The notes below the pieces were generated by a model that had not been told where the DNA came from, searched no databases, and was given only the letters and a program-made list of their open reading frames with translations. From Thermodesulfobacteriota bacterium (GTDB taxonomy: Bacteria > Desulfobacterota > QYQD01): 64,000 bases of DNA. The number at the start of each line of letters is the position of its first letter. Position 1 is the stretch's first letter. The stretch covers positions 16,560 through 80,559 of the forward strand of contig JAVHLC010000006.1 in NCBI GenBank assembly GCA_031082315.1. The letters are read 5' to 3'. Shown here piece after piece: positions 1-9,408 of the stretch. The translations under genes and the position numbers were made by a program.

Positions 1-2
1 AA

Positions 3-452
3 CTGGTTCCCAATATACAGAAGACCGCCGATCTCGTTCAGGAGATCAGCGCCTCCAGTGGAGAGCAGGCCCGGGGGATAGAACAGGCCACCCAGGCTAT
101 TGAACAACTTAATCAGGTGGTGCAACAGAATGCCGGTAGTGCAGAAGAGGTGGCCAGTTCCTCTGAAGAGCTTTCCGCTCAGGCAGAACAATTGCTTAAT
201 GCGGCAGAGTTTTTCAAGACTGGCGAGGGCGCCCGTCAGATAACGGCGCATGCCGGGATCAGGCGCGTAAAACGCCCAAAGGCTCCTTCCCCCGCGATGC
301 AGTTGAGTCCGGCTGCCGGACCTGTAACACAGACACATGAGAAAAAAGTCGATAGTTCAACCGGGGATAATCTTGGGCAGGCAGGATCGAAAGCGGTGGA
401 TTTAATCCTGGAGCCGGATAATAAGGATGAGCAGGAATTTGAAAGGTTTTAA
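3..452 (+). CDS. methyl-accepting chemotaxis protein, C-terminal fragment (5' end upstream of window)
   Basis: Frame is open from the window edge. LVPNIQKTADLVQEISASSGEQARGIEQATQAIEQLNQVVQQNAGSAEEVASSSEELSAQAEQL is the C-terminal arm of the MCP signalling hairpin. A long low-complexity tail follows, ending EFERF. Confidence 0.9.
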   Translation: MVPNIQKTADLVQEISASSGEQARGIEQATQAIEQLNQVVQQNAGSAEEVASSSEELSAQAEQLLNAAEFFKTGEGARQITAHAGIRRVKRPKAPSPAMQLSPAAGPVTQTHEKKVDSSTGDNLGQAGSKAVDLILEPDNKDEQEFERF

Positions 453-475
453 ATTAGCTATCAGCAAAAGAGAGA

Positions 476-531
476 GTCAAATCTCAAATTTGAAATTAAG
501 AAAGGCTGAAAGCTGAACGCTGATTGCTATT
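476..531. repeat. heptanucleotide tandem array (8 units in one register: GTCAAAT-type then GCTGAAN-type)
   Basis: Read directly: gtcaaat ctcaaat ttgaaat taagaaa ggctgaa agctgaa cgctgat tgctatt. The first part is the reverse complement of 38677..38700. Confidence 0.85.
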
Positions 532-548
532 ACTAAGGAGGTAGAAAG

Positions 549-2156
549 ATGAAGGTATCAGTAGGACCAAAGCTTATCGGGGCGTTTGTTTTTCTGGTAA
601 TTGCCTTGGGCGTAGTCAGTTTCACCGGCATCAGGCAGATGGAGGCCATAGACGGGCATCTGATGAACATCTCGGATGTCATCATGAAGCGCGCCATCGT
701 AGCTAAAGAACTACAACTGCATCTTGCCAATACCGGCTGGGGGGTTATGGAGTTCCTGACCGCGGAGACCACGGCCGAGAGGGATGAATTGGCCGGTGCA
801 ATCAAGAAGGAAATGGCCGAGGTCGGCGAGCATATGGGTGAGTTGGACGGGATTGCCTCTGCCGAGGTCAAGACAGGTCTGGCAGAATTTCGTAATTCCT
901 TTGGTGCGGTGGAAAAGATTATTAACCAGATATTGACCCAGGGCCGGGGCGGCATAAACAAAGAAGTCCAGATGCTCGATACCCAGTTGGATACGGTTAT
1001 TGATAAAACCATAGCCGGTACAGAGAAGATCGTGGCCGTGGTGGACAGGGAGGTGGAGGCGGCCAAGCTGGTGTCGGATAACGACGTGGAATATGGCCGG
1101 AACTTACTGATGGCGGTAGCCGGGGTAGCCCTGGTGGTGGCCGTGATTATAAACATCTTTATCATTCTTGGCATAAGGAGCTTCAGGCAGACGGCATTGA
1201 GCATAGGGGACGCGGTAGAAAACGTGGCGGCAGGCGCGGAACAGCTTTCCTCTACGGCCCAGGGGCTTTCACAAGGGGCCACAGAACAGGCGGCAAGCAT
1301 CGAGGAGGTGTCCAGCTCCATGGAGGAAATGAACGCCTCTATTTCACAGAATGCGGACAGCGCCGGCCAGACTGCGGCTATGGCTACCAAGGCGGCCGGT
1401 AACGCCAGCGAGGGCGGCCAGGCGGTGACCCAGGCGGTCGGCGCCATGAAGCAGATTGCCGAGAAGACGAGCGTAATCGAAGAGATCGCCCGCCAGACCA
1501 ATCTACTGGCCCTGAATGCCGCTATCGAGGCGGCCCGGGCCGGTGAACATGGAAAGGGCTTTGCCGTGGTCGCTTCCGAGGTGAGGAAGCTGGCGGAACG
1601 GAGCCAGATTGCGGCCCAGGAGATTGCCAGCCTTTTAGGCGGCAGCCTCCAGGTGGCCGAACATGCCGGCAAGCTGGTGGAAGAGTTAGTCCCCGCTATC
1701 CAGAAGACGTCTGAACTCGTCCAGGAAATAAATGCGGCCAGCAGGGAGCAGGCCAGCGGTATCGGTCAGGTCACCCAGGCTATCCAGCAACTCGACCAAG
1801 TGGTGCAGGAAAATTCCGCCGCTTCCGAGGAATTGGCCTCCACCAGTGAAGAGACGTCCTCGCAGGTGCTTGAGATGCAGCGCAACGTGGATATGTTTAT
1901 CGAGCGGCTGGGAGGGCGGAAGAGAGGCAATAAGAAGATCTCGGCGCGAAAAGTGAACGCCGCGAACTTCATCGGCCTGACCGGCAAGCTCAAGAGAAAA
2001 CCCAGGACAGAATCGGGTAAAGAACTATCCGTCGCCTCAGTCGTAGATGTGCCTGGGCGTGCGGAAGGGGGCCAGACGGCCGCGAGGAGCCAGGATGCTA
2101 CGGGTGTTATTCTTGATCTGGATAAGCAGAACGACCAGAATTTTGAAAGGTTTTGA
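549..2156 (+). CDS. methyl-accepting chemotaxis protein (2 TM, helical periplasmic sensor, no obvious HAMP)
   Basis: AAGGAGG 7 nt upstream of the ATG. Conserved MCP hairpin tip [44 protein letters not shown] segments near aa 8-28 and 186-208. The tail ends NFERF. Confidence 0.95.
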   Translation: MKVSVGPKLIGAFVFLVIALGVVSFTGIRQMEAIDGHLMNISDVIMKRAIVAKELQLHLANTGWGVMEFLTAETTAERDELAGAIKKEMAEVGEHMGELDGIASAEVKTGLAEFRNSFGAVEKIINQILTQGRGGINKEVQMLDTQLDTVIDKTIAGTEKIVAVVDREVEAAKLVSDNDVEYGRNLLMAVAGVALVVAVIINIFIILGIRSFRQTALSIGDAVENVAAGAEQLSSTAQGLSQGATEQAASIEEVSSSMEEMNASISQNADSAGQTAAMATKAAGNASEGGQAVTQAVGAMKQIAEKTSVIEEIARQTNLLALNAAIEAARAGEHGKGFAVVASEVRKLAERSQIAAQEIASLLGGSLQVAEHAGKLVEELVPAIQKTSELVQEINAASREQASGIGQVTQAIQQLDQVVQENSAASEELASTSEETSSQVLEMQRNVDMFIERLGGRKRGNKKISARKVNAANFIGLTGKLKRKPRTESGKELSVASVVDVPGRAEGGQTAARSQDATGVILDLDKQNDQNFERF

Positions 2157-2184
2157 GGCGGATATTCACCGCAAAGGATAAGAA

Positions 2185-2254
2185 GCTGAAAGCTGAAAGC
2201 CAGAGAGAATGACAAAGATTGAGGTTCAAGGTTCAAAGTTCAAGGTTCAAAGTT
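2185..2254. repeat. heptanucleotide tandem array (GCTGAAA x2 ... CAAGGTT/CAAAGTT x4) in one 7-nt register
   Basis: gctgaaa gctgaaa gccagag agaatga caaagat tgaggtt caaggtt caaagtt caaggtt caaagtt. Confidence 0.85.
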
Positions 2255-2342
2255 AAAAAACCGTGAACGAGGAACCCAGAACCCCGAACTTCTTTGGTTA
2301 CGTCTCTGCGGTGAGATAATAGAATAAAGGAGGTTTAAAACT

Positions 2343-2879
2343 ATGGACGAGATCAGGCAGTATCTTACCTTTGTCTTAAACGGAGAAGATTTTGCCCTGG
2401 AGACATCGAGGGTAAAAGAGGTGCTGGAGTACACTACCATTACCCGGATACCGCGTATGCCGGATTTTCTCTGCGGCGTGATAAATTTAAGAGGCAACGT
2501 AGTCCCGGTTATGGATATGCGTTTAAAACTGGGGATGCTGACGGCAGAGCGAACCGTTGATACCTGCATTGTGATTGTGGAAGTGGAGCTTGATGGGGAG
2601 ACAGTCACGATAGGATGCCTTGTGGATTCAGTCAAGGAAGTCCTGGAGATACCGGCCGGTGAGATCGAACCGGCGCCCAAGATGGGGATGCGCCTCAGGG
2701 CTGACTTTATCCAGGGCATGGCCAGGCAGAACGAAGGATTTATCATCATTCTGGATATCAACCGCATCCTTTCCATCGATGAAATAACGCTCATGTCCGC
2801 CGCCGGCGGACCGGGGATTGAGGCGGATGTAGCCGTTCAAAAGATACCCGGTGATGTCCATGCGGAGATGGTGGTTTAG
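2343..2879 (+). CDS. cheW: chemotaxis coupling protein CheW
   Basis: AAGGAGG upstream. Typical CheW fold sequence: YLTFVLNGEDFALETSRVKEVLEY ... INLRGNVVPVMDMRLKLG ... IIILDINRIL. Confidence 0.95.
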   Translation: MDEIRQYLTFVLNGEDFALETSRVKEVLEYTTITRIPRMPDFLCGVINLRGNVVPVMDMRLKLGMLTAERTVDTCIVIVEVELDGETVTIGCLVDSVKEVLEIPAGEIEPAPKMGMRLRADFIQGMARQNEGFIIILDINRILSIDEITLMSAAGGPGIEADVAVQKIPGDVHAEMVV

Positions 2880-2883
2880 GAAG

Positions 2884-2978
2884 CTATCAGCACTCAGCGT
2901 TCAGCGGTCAGCGGCTAGGGAAGATTAAAGAGTACTGAGTGATGGGTTGCGGGCTACGAGTTACGGGTTTCGAGTTAT
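2884..2978. repeat. two heptamer arrays (NNTCAGC x4, then GGGTTGC/GAGTTAC-type x5)
   Basis: ctatcagc actcagc gttcagc ggtcagc at 2884..2914. gggttgc gggctac gagttac gggtttc gagttat at 2944..2978. Confidence 0.85.
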
Positions 2979-3069
2979 TACTCCGGCAGGTAAATACATA
3001 AAAAAATGTCATGCCGGATCCCCAATCAAGTTGAGGACAGGCCTGATCCGGTATCCAGTTTCTTGCTGG

Positions 3070-3089
3070 ATTCCCGCTTTCGCGGGAAT
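3070..3089. repeat. ATTCCCGC-TTTC-GCGGGAAT hairpin repeat
   Basis: Perfect 8-bp stem. This word yields the spurious peptide motif RFRGND in ORF 3006..3203. I recognise it as a common intergenic repeat in environmental delta/Nitrospira-type genomes. Confidence 0.7.
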
Positions 3090-3148
3090 GACAACGGATT
3101 TATGAAATTAATTAGTTTTCATCCGAAACCCCCAGTTTTCTGGATGGA

Positions 3149-3252
3149 GCGGTCAGCAGTCAGCTTAAGATGTTGTTTGTCTTATTTTTTTACTGACGGC
3201 TGAAAGCTGATCGCTGAGAGCTTTCATTCGGAAACGGCAGTTTCCGGATGAA
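3149..3252 (+). repeat. composite element family B (TCAGC arm - T-rich loop - GCTGA arm - CCGGAAAC hairpin), copy 1
   Basis: Aligns by eye at high identity with 43705..43823 over about 100 bp. It also matches the core of 30473..30612 and, reverse-complemented, 17440..17585. Confidence 0.85.
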
Positions 3253-3297
3253 AACTAATTACTAACTGACTACTGAGAGCTAAAACACATAAAAGTT

Positions 3298-4179
3298 ATG
3301 GCGGACATAAACCCCGGCTTAAATACGAATATTCCCATTTTTAATCCTCCTGACATGTCTGACCAGGAGTTTGCCCTGTTCAGCGATCTTGTGTACCGCC
3401 ATGCCGGGATAACCCTTCCCCCTGCTAAAAGGAACATGCTTGTTTCACGATTGCTAAAACGCCTCAGAGCCCTTGGGCTGCATTCTTTTTTTGATTATTA
3501 CAATTACATAACCAGTCCGGAGGGCCGGCAGGCCGAATTCCCGCATACTATCGATATGATCAGCACCAACAAGACCGAGTTTTTCCGGGAGGCAGGCCAT
3601 TTTAAGTTCTTAAAAGAGGTGGTCTTGCCGGAGTTGGCGACCCGGGTACGCCGCGTAGGCGAGGGGAAAATCATGGCTTGGAGCGCAGGTTGTTCCTCGG
3701 GAGAAGAACCTTATACCTTAGCTATGGTTATGATAGAGTATCTTAAGGTTTACGGGGGCGGTGAGTTTTCTATCCTGGCTACGGATATATCACACCGCAT
3801 GTTGGATAAGGGCCGGCGCGCAGTTTATGCCGGGCCGGAAATTCAAGGTATTCCCGAGGATTATCTGAGGAAGTATTTCCTGCGCGGGACAAAGGGACAG
3901 GAGGGTTACTATCGTGTGGCGCCGGAGTTGCGTAACCGGGTGGGGTTTCAGCATTATAATTTTATGGACGACTCCGTTCCTTTCCACGGGTCTATGGATT
4001 TTATTTTTTGCCGCAATGTCATGATATATTTCGACCAAGGGACCAGAACCAGGTTGATAAAGAAGTTTTATAAGCATCTCGTTGACGGAGGGTATCTGTT
4101 CATCGGCCACTCGGAGACCCTGCACGGGATGGAAACGGATTTTAAACTGGCCAGCCCGACCGTTTATAGGAAGATATAA
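3298..4179 (+). CDS. cheR: chemotaxis protein methyltransferase CheR
   Basis: N-terminal helical domain (FALFSDLVYRHAGITL) plus SAM methyltransferase motifs AWSAGCSSGEEPYTLAM and IFCRNVMIYF. Confidence 0.95.
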   Translation: MADINPGLNTNIPIFNPPDMSDQEFALFSDLVYRHAGITLPPAKRNMLVSRLLKRLRALGLHSFFDYYNYITSPEGRQAEFPHTIDMISTNKTEFFREAGHFKFLKEVVLPELATRVRRVGEGKIMAWSAGCSSGEEPYTLAMVMIEYLKVYGGGEFSILATDISHRMLDKGRRAVYAGPEIQGIPEDYLRKYFLRGTKGQEGYYRVAPELRNRVGFQHYNFMDDSVPFHGSMDFIFCRNVMIYFDQGTRTRLIKKFYKHLVDGGYLFIGHSETLHGMETDFKLASPTVYRKI

Positions 4180-4183
4180 AAAA

Positions 4184-4289
4184 GTTCAAATGTCAAAATC
4201 CAAATACCAAAGGAAATCCAAATGTCCAAGTTTATCCACATAGGCATTTTTGTCATTTGAACTTTGGGCTTCATTTGGCATTTGAGCTT
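4184..4289. repeat. inverted pair of heptamer arrays (NNNCAAA)n / (TTTGNNN)n
   Basis: Left arm: gttcaaa tgtcaaa atccaaa taccaaa. Right arm: tttgtca tttgaac tttgggc. gttcaaa and tttgaac are exact complements. Confidence 0.8.
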
Positions 4290-4417
4290 TATTTATCCGT
4301 CTAAGGCGGATGGATTTTGTCATTTGGAATTCGCGCAAAGCGCTTTTGCTTGCGGTTATGCCGCGCTGTATTCACTGTGGTTAATTTTGACAATATACAG
4401 TTAGATACGGGGATAAA

Positions 4418-5482
4418 ATGAGCGAGAAAATAAAGGTGCTGGTCGTCGATGACTCTGCTGTAGTGCGGCAGACGCTGAACGAGATATTAGACTCTGATCC
4501 GGATATCGAGGTAATTGCTACCGCGCAGGACCCTTATGTGGCGGCGGAGCGCCTGAAAAAGGCTGTGCCGGATGTTATTACTCTGGATGTAGAGATGCCG
4601 CGCATGGATGGTATCACCTTCCTGCGCAAGCTTATGGCTCAGCATCCCATACCCGTGGTTATCTGCTCGACTCTGACTACACAGGGCGCTCAGACAACCC
4701 TTCAGGCCCTGGAATATGGCGCAGTGGAGATCATCGAGAAGCCCAAGATGGGGACAAAGCAGTTTCTGGAGGAGTCCAGGATACGCATCTGCGACGCTGT
4801 TAAGGCGGCGGCTCAGGTCACATTACGTCCCAGAAAAATCAGAAAAGTTGAAGAAAAGCTGACGGCGGATGTAATCATGGCCAAACCAAAGACCAAGGCC
4901 ATGGCCGAAACCACGGAGAAGGTAGTCCTGATCGGGGCTTCCACCGGTGGTACAGAGGCGTTAAGAGCGTTCCTCGAGGCCCTGCCGCACGACACCCCGG
5001 GCATGGTGATTGTCCAGCACATGCCTGAGAAATTTACCTCAGCCTTTGCCGCGCGGCTGAACGGCCTTTGCCGGGTGGAGGTCAAGGAGGCTGAAAATGG
5101 TGATGGAGTGGTGACCGGACGGGCCTTAATCGCCCCGGGGAATAAGCATACCTTGCTTAAGCGGAGTGGCGCCCGGTATTATGTGGAGATTAAGGACGGG
5201 CCTTTAGTCTCCCGTCATCGCCCGTCCGTGGATGTGCTCTTTCGCTCCGGGGCCCGCTATGCCGGGGCCAATGCTGTCGGTGTCATCATGACCGGCATGG
5301 GCGACGACGGCGCTCAGGGGCTGCTGGAAATGAAGGAGGCCGGGGCCTTTACCATTGCCCAGGACGAGGCCACCTGTGTGGTTTTTGGCATGCCCAAAGA
5401 GGCCATAAAGCGTGGCGCCGTAGATAAGATATTGCCGCTACCCGCTATTCCGCGAGAGGTTATCAAGATATGTTCGGGATGA
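4418..5482 (+). CDS. cheB: protein-glutamate methylesterase/receiver CheB
   Basis: Receiver domain ([27 protein letters not shown]) followed by the methylesterase domain ([22 protein letters not shown]). Confidence 0.95.
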   Translation: MSEKIKVLVVDDSAVVRQTLNEILDSDPDIEVIATAQDPYVAAERLKKAVPDVITLDVEMPRMDGITFLRKLMAQHPIPVVICSTLTTQGAQTTLQALEYGAVEIIEKPKMGTKQFLEESRIRICDAVKAAAQVTLRPRKIRKVEEKLTADVIMAKPKTKAMAETTEKVVLIGASTGGTEALRAFLEALPHDTPGMVIVQHMPEKFTSAFAARLNGLCRVEVKEAENGDGVVTGRALIAPGNKHTLLKRSGARYYVEIKDGPLVSRHRPSVDVLFRSGARYAGANAVGVIMTGMGDDGAQGLLEMKEAGAFTIAQDEATCVVFGMPKEAIKRGAVDKILPLPAIPREVIKICSG

Positions 5483-5523
5483 AGGGCTGAAAGCTCAAGG
5501 CTCAAAGCGGCCACTATTTTTTA

Positions 5524-5553
5524 TTGTAACTTTATGTAAAATTTTGCTACTAT
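5524..5553 (+). promoter_or_regulatory. candidate sigma70 promoter for ppsA
   Basis: TTGTAA, an 18-nt spacer, then TACTAT preceded by TGC (extended -10 like). About 50 nt upstream of the ATG. Confidence 0.35.
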
Positions 5554-5601
5554 GCAAAAAGCTGTAGAAATTAGAACGCAATCATAGAAGGGGGCGTGCT
5601 C

Positions 5602-8058
5602 ATGGGTAAGAGTAAAAATCGGTTTATACTATGGTTTGACGAGATAGGCATCAAGGATATTCCGTTGGTCGGCGGGAAAAACGCTTCACTTGGAGAGATG
5701 TATCAGAAATTGATCAGGAAGGGCGTCAACGTCCCGGGCGGTTTTGCCATAACGGCTGAGGCTTACAAATATCTGCTCAAGGCGTCCGGTGTCGATAAAA
5801 AGATACGGGAAATTTTGGAAGGGTTGGATACTCACAATATTAAAGACCTGATGCAGCGTGGGGAAAAGGTGCGTAATGTAGTACGTACCGCTCCTTTCCC
5901 GGATGATCTCACCAAGACTATCGTTGACGCCTATGCACGGATGGAGAAGGAGTACGGGGCTAATGTGGACGTTGCAGTCCGTTCTTCTGCTACTGCCGAA
6001 GATTTACCCGATGCCTCGTTTGCCGGCCAGCAGGAGACCTATCTGAATATCCGTGAGAAAGAACATCTTATAGATGCCTGTAAAAGATGTTTTGCCAGTC
6101 TGTTTACCAACCGGGCCATTTCTTACAGGCAGGATAAGGGATTTGGTCATTTTGATGTCTATTTATCAATAGCCGTTCAGAAGATGATACGGAGCGATTC
6201 GGCTTGCTCCGGCGTTATATTTTCTATTGATACAGAGTCTGGCTTTAAAGATGCGGTGTTTATTACCGGCGCCTGGGGGCTGGGTGAAAATGTAGTACAG
6301 GGGGCGGTCAACCCTGATGAATTTTATGTCTTTAAGCCGACCCTCAAGAACGGCAAGATGCCCATAGTCGTCAAGAGACTGGGGACCAAAGAGATAAAGA
6401 TGGTTTATACGAACAACTTGAGGAAACCAACTGTTAATAAGCCGACACCGCTTAATGAGAGAAATCAGTATATCCTTTCGGATGAAGAGCTGGCTACCCT
6501 GGCGCGTTGGGCCTGTGTGATTGAAGATCATTACAGTAAAGAGGCCGGCTATTTTAAGCCTATGGACATCGAGTGGGCCAAGGATGGGGACGGCAAAAAG
6601 GTAGGGACCGGTAAGCTTTATATAGTACAGGCCAGGCCGGAGACGGTCCATTCCCAGAAGGACGTCAATTTTGTAGAGACCTATGTCTTGAAAGAGACGG
6701 GAAAGCTCCTTGTCACCGGGCAGGCGGTCGGCTCCAGGATAGGTCAGGGCAAGGTAAATCTTATTAAGAGTTCTAAAAACATCCTGGATTTCAAGCCGGG
6801 GCAGGTGTTGGTGACAGACATGACCGATCCTGACTGGGAGCCGATTATGAAAATCGCTGCGGCCATCGTCACCAACCGCGGCGGGCGGACGTGCCATGCG
6901 GCTATTGTATCCCGGGAATTGGGTATCCCTTGTGTTATCGGGACAGAAAAGGCAGATAAGGTCTTAAGGGCTGGTCAGCCTGTTACTGTGTCATGCTGTG
7001 AGGGAGAAACCGGCTATATATATGAAGGCATGTTGAAGTATAAGGTAGAACGCACTGACCTGAAGAAATTGCCCCAAACCCGCACTAAGATAATGATGAA
7101 TGTAGGTATCCCGGAAAGGGCTTTCATCCAGGGCCAGATTCCGAATGATGGCGTGGGGTTGGCGCGAGAAGAATTTATTATTAACTCTCATATCGGCATA
7201 CATCCCCTGGCGCTCATCCATTACAAAGAGCTTAAGGGAAAGGCACGGAAAGATAAGAAAATAGCAAAGGTAATAGAACAGATCGATCAGCGTACTCCCC
7301 ATTATAAAGACAAAGTGCAATTTTTTGTAGATACTCTGGCCCAGGGTATCGGGCGTATCGGCGCCGGTTTTTATCCCAACGATGTTATTGTGCGTCTTTC
7401 CGATTTCAAGACCAACGAATACGCTAACCTAATCGGCGGATTTCTTTATGAGCCGGTCGAAAGTAATCCCATGATCGGCTGGCGCGGGGCTTCCCGCTAC
7501 TATGATCCGTCTTTTGAGCCGGCCTTTGCTCTGGAATGTAGGGCCCTGCTTAAGGTGAGGGATGAGATGGGCCTGACCAATGTCAAGGTCATGGTTCCAT
7601 TCTGCCGGACTGTGGAAGAAGGGAAGAAAGTAATCGAGGTTATGAAAAAATATGGCCTGGTTCAGGGCAAAAAGGGGCTGGAAGTCTATGTTATGTGTGA
7701 AATACCCAGCAACGTGGTGCTGGCTGATGAGTTTTCCAAGGTATTCGACGGGTTCTCCATCGGTTCTAATGACCTGACCCAGTTGACCATGGGCTTAGAC
7801 CGGGATTCAGAGCTTATCGCCCATATTTCCGATGAACGTAATGAGGCGGTGAAGCGCTTAATTGCCCAGGTTATTAAGGTGGCGAGGGCCAACAAGAGGA
7901 AGATAGGCATTTGTGGACAGGGGCCGAGCGATTTTCCCGAATTCGCTGAGTTTCTTGTGGAATGCGGGATTGACTCTATGAGCCTAAACCCGGACACGGC
8001 GGTCAAGACCAGATTACTCGTGGCGGAGAGGGAGAAGAAGCTGGGGATAAAACCGTAA
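5602..8058 (+). CDS. ppsA: phosphoenolpyruvate synthase (pyruvate, water dikinase)
   Basis: ATP-grasp N-domain, swivel phospho-His motif GGRTCHAAIVSRELGIPCV, and a C-terminal PEP-utilising domain (IGSNDLTQL). The ORF track starts at GTG 5596. I prefer ATG 5602 because GAAGGGGG lies 8 nt upstream of it. Confidence 0.95.
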   Translation: MGKSKNRFILWFDEIGIKDIPLVGGKNASLGEMYQKLIRKGVNVPGGFAITAEAYKYLLKASGVDKKIREILEGLDTHNIKDLMQRGEKVRNVVRTAPFPDDLTKTIVDAYARMEKEYGANVDVAVRSSATAEDLPDASFAGQQETYLNIREKEHLIDACKRCFASLFTNRAISYRQDKGFGHFDVYLSIAVQKMIRSDSACSGVIFSIDTESGFKDAVFITGAWGLGENVVQGAVNPDEFYVFKPTLKNGKMPIVVKRLGTKEIKMVYTNNLRKPTVNKPTPLNERNQYILSDEELATLARWACVIEDHYSKEAGYFKPMDIEWAKDGDGKKVGTGKLYIVQARPETVHSQKDVNFVETYVLKETGKLLVTGQAVGSRIGQGKVNLIKSSKNILDFKPGQVLVTDMTDPDWEPIMKIAAAIVTNRGGRTCHAAIVSRELGIPCVIGTEKADKVLRAGQPVTVSCCEGETGYIYEGMLKYKVERTDLKKLPQTRTKIMMNVGIPERAFIQGQIPNDGVGLAREEFIINSHIGIHPLALIHYKELKGKARKDKKIAKVIEQIDQRTPHYKDKVQFFVDTLAQGIGRIGAGFYPNDVIVRLSDFKTNEYANLIGGFLYEPVESNPMIGWRGASRYYDPSFEPAFALECRALLKVRDEMGLTNVKVMVPFCRTVEEGKKVIEVMKKYGLVQGKKGLEVYVMCEIPSNVVLADEFSKVFDGFSIGSNDLTQLTMGLDRDSELIAHISDERNEAVKRLIAQVIKVARANKRKIGICGQGPSDFPEFAEFLVECGIDSMSLNPDTAVKTRLLVAEREKKLGIKP

Positions 8059-8071
8059 TCTGCAATAGCTG

Positions 8072-8124
8072 AAAGCAAGAGAGCTGAAAGCTTTGAGCCT
8101 TAAGCTCTCTTGCTTTATTTTTCT
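8072..8124. terminator. rho-independent terminator between convergent ppsA and ahcY
   Basis: 13-bp stem AAAGCAAGAGAGC / GCTCTCTTGCTTT with a 19-nt loop, followed by a T-run (tattttt). Confidence 0.6.
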
Positions 8125-8129
8125 GTCTC

Positions 8130-9386
8130 TTACGTTCCCATTTCCCAGGAACTAAGGTATTTTTCCTGTTCTGCCGTCAGCTTATCGATGTGTATTCCCA
8201 TAGACTGGAGTTTCATTAAGGCGATCCGGCGGTCGATCTCTTCCGGAACCGGGTAAACCTCTTTTCTCATCTGACCATGGTGTTTTGCTATGTATTCAGC
8301 GGACAAGGCCTGATTGGCAAAACTCATGTCCATGACGCTCGATGGATGTCCTTCGGCCGCAGCCAGGTTAATGAGCCGTCCTTCTCCTAATACGTAAACC
8401 CGTTTGCCGTTGGCCAGTGTATATTCTTCTACATATTCCCGGATCATGCGCCTTTTTTCGGTTACCTCCGCCAGGCCGTCCAGGTCCAGCTCGACGTTAA
8501 AGTGGCCGGAGTTGGAGACGATGGCCCCATCTTTCATTTTAAGAAAGTGTTCCTTGCGTATGACATGGATATTACCGGTAAGTGTGCAATAAATATCCCC
8601 GATCCGGGTGGCCTCTTCCATGGGCATGACGGCATAGCCGTCCATGACCGCTTCCAGCGACTTCAGAGGATCAACCTCGGTAATAATAACCCGCGCTCCC
8701 ATGCCCCGGGCCCGGCTAGCTAATCCCCGGCCGCACCAACCATAACCGCAGACCACAAAGACGCTTCCGGCCAGGAGACGATTGGTGGCCCTGATGATGC
8801 CGTCGATGGTGCTCTGACCGGTTCCGTAGCGATTATCAAAGAAGTGTTTGGTCTTGGCGTCATTTACGGCGATTATAGGATAACCGAGGACCTTATCCAT
8901 GGCCATACTGCGTAGCCGGATGACTCCGGTGGTTGTCTCTTCTGTGCCGGCCAGGATAGAGGGGATAAGGTCTTTTTTCTCTGAATGGAGCGTCGATACC
9001 AGGTCGGCGCCGTCATCCATAGTTATCATAGGTTTTATTTTCAGCACAGAGCGGATGTGGCTGTAGTAGGTATCATGGTCTTCGCCTTTAATGGCAAAGA
9101 CGGGGATGCCGCTATTCTTAACCAAAGAGGCGGCTACATCGTCCTGTGTGCTGAGGGGATTAGAAGCGCAGATGGCCACATCCGCGCCCCCGGCCTTTAG
9201 CGTCTCCATCAGGGCCGCTGTTTCCGTGGTCACATGAAGACAGGCGGCAATGCGCACGCCTTTGAGCGGCTTTTCCTTTTCAAAGCGGTCCCGGATAATA
9301 TTGAGCACGGGCATACTCTGGCCGGCCCATTCTATCCGGAGTTTTCCTTTAGCAGCGAGTTTTTCGTCTTTAATATGGTGTTTCAT
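8130..9386 (-). CDS. ahcY: adenosylhomocysteinase
   Basis: Full-length match to the SAH hydrolase pattern ([16 protein letters not shown] site [16 protein letters not shown]). Confidence 0.97.
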   Translation of the reverse strand: MKHHIKDEKLAAKGKLRIEWAGQSMPVLNIIRDRFEKEKPLKGVRIAACLHVTTETAALMETLKAGGADVAICASNPLSTQDDVAASLVKNSGIPVFAIKGEDHDTYYSHIRSVLKIKPMITMDDGADLVSTLHSEKKDLIPSILAGTEETTTGVIRLRSMAMDKVLGYPIIAVNDAKTKHFFDNRYGTGQSTIDGIIRATNRLLAGSVFVVCGYGWCGRGLASRARGMGARVIITEVDPLKSLEAVMDGYAVMPMEEATRIGDIYCTLTGNIHVIRKEHFLKMKDGAIVSNSGHFNVELDLDGLAEVTEKRRMIREYVEEYTLANGKRVYVLGEGRLINLAAAEGHPSSVMDMSFANQALSAEYIAKHHGQMRKEVYPVPEEIDRRIALMKLQSMGIHIDKLTAEQEKYLSSWEMGT

Positions 9387-9408
9387 GCTGACTCCTCATA
9401 GATTGTTA

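Noticed and set aside
533-1672. 379-aa ORF antisense to the MCP gene
   Set aside because: It is an Ala/Ser/Thr-rich mirror-frame shadow of the highly biased MCP coding sequence. It has no ribosome-binding site and no recognisable family. The sense-strand MCP is unambiguous.
2185-2254. Possible CRISPR array or other spacer-repeat structure in the tandem arrays
   Set aside because: The period is 7 nt with no unique spacers. The arrays are under 100 bp and no cas genes are present. These are heptamer tandem repeats, not CRISPR.
3006-3203. 65-aa ORF in the cheW-cheR spacer
   Set aside because: It is translated entirely from repeat modules (the RFRGND peptide from the ATTCCCGC hairpin, and the heptamer arrays). 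This is a classic spurious repeat-derived ORF.
6166-6897. 243-aa ORF antisense to ppsA
   Set aside because: Shadow ORF inside a strongly conserved gene, with no family resemblance. The same judgement applies to 26074..26745 (in atpA), 28614..29447 (in atpD), 27922..28461 (in atpG), 31851..32630 (in rnr), 42670..43335 (in AOR) and 40472..40993 (in the Lon-like gene).
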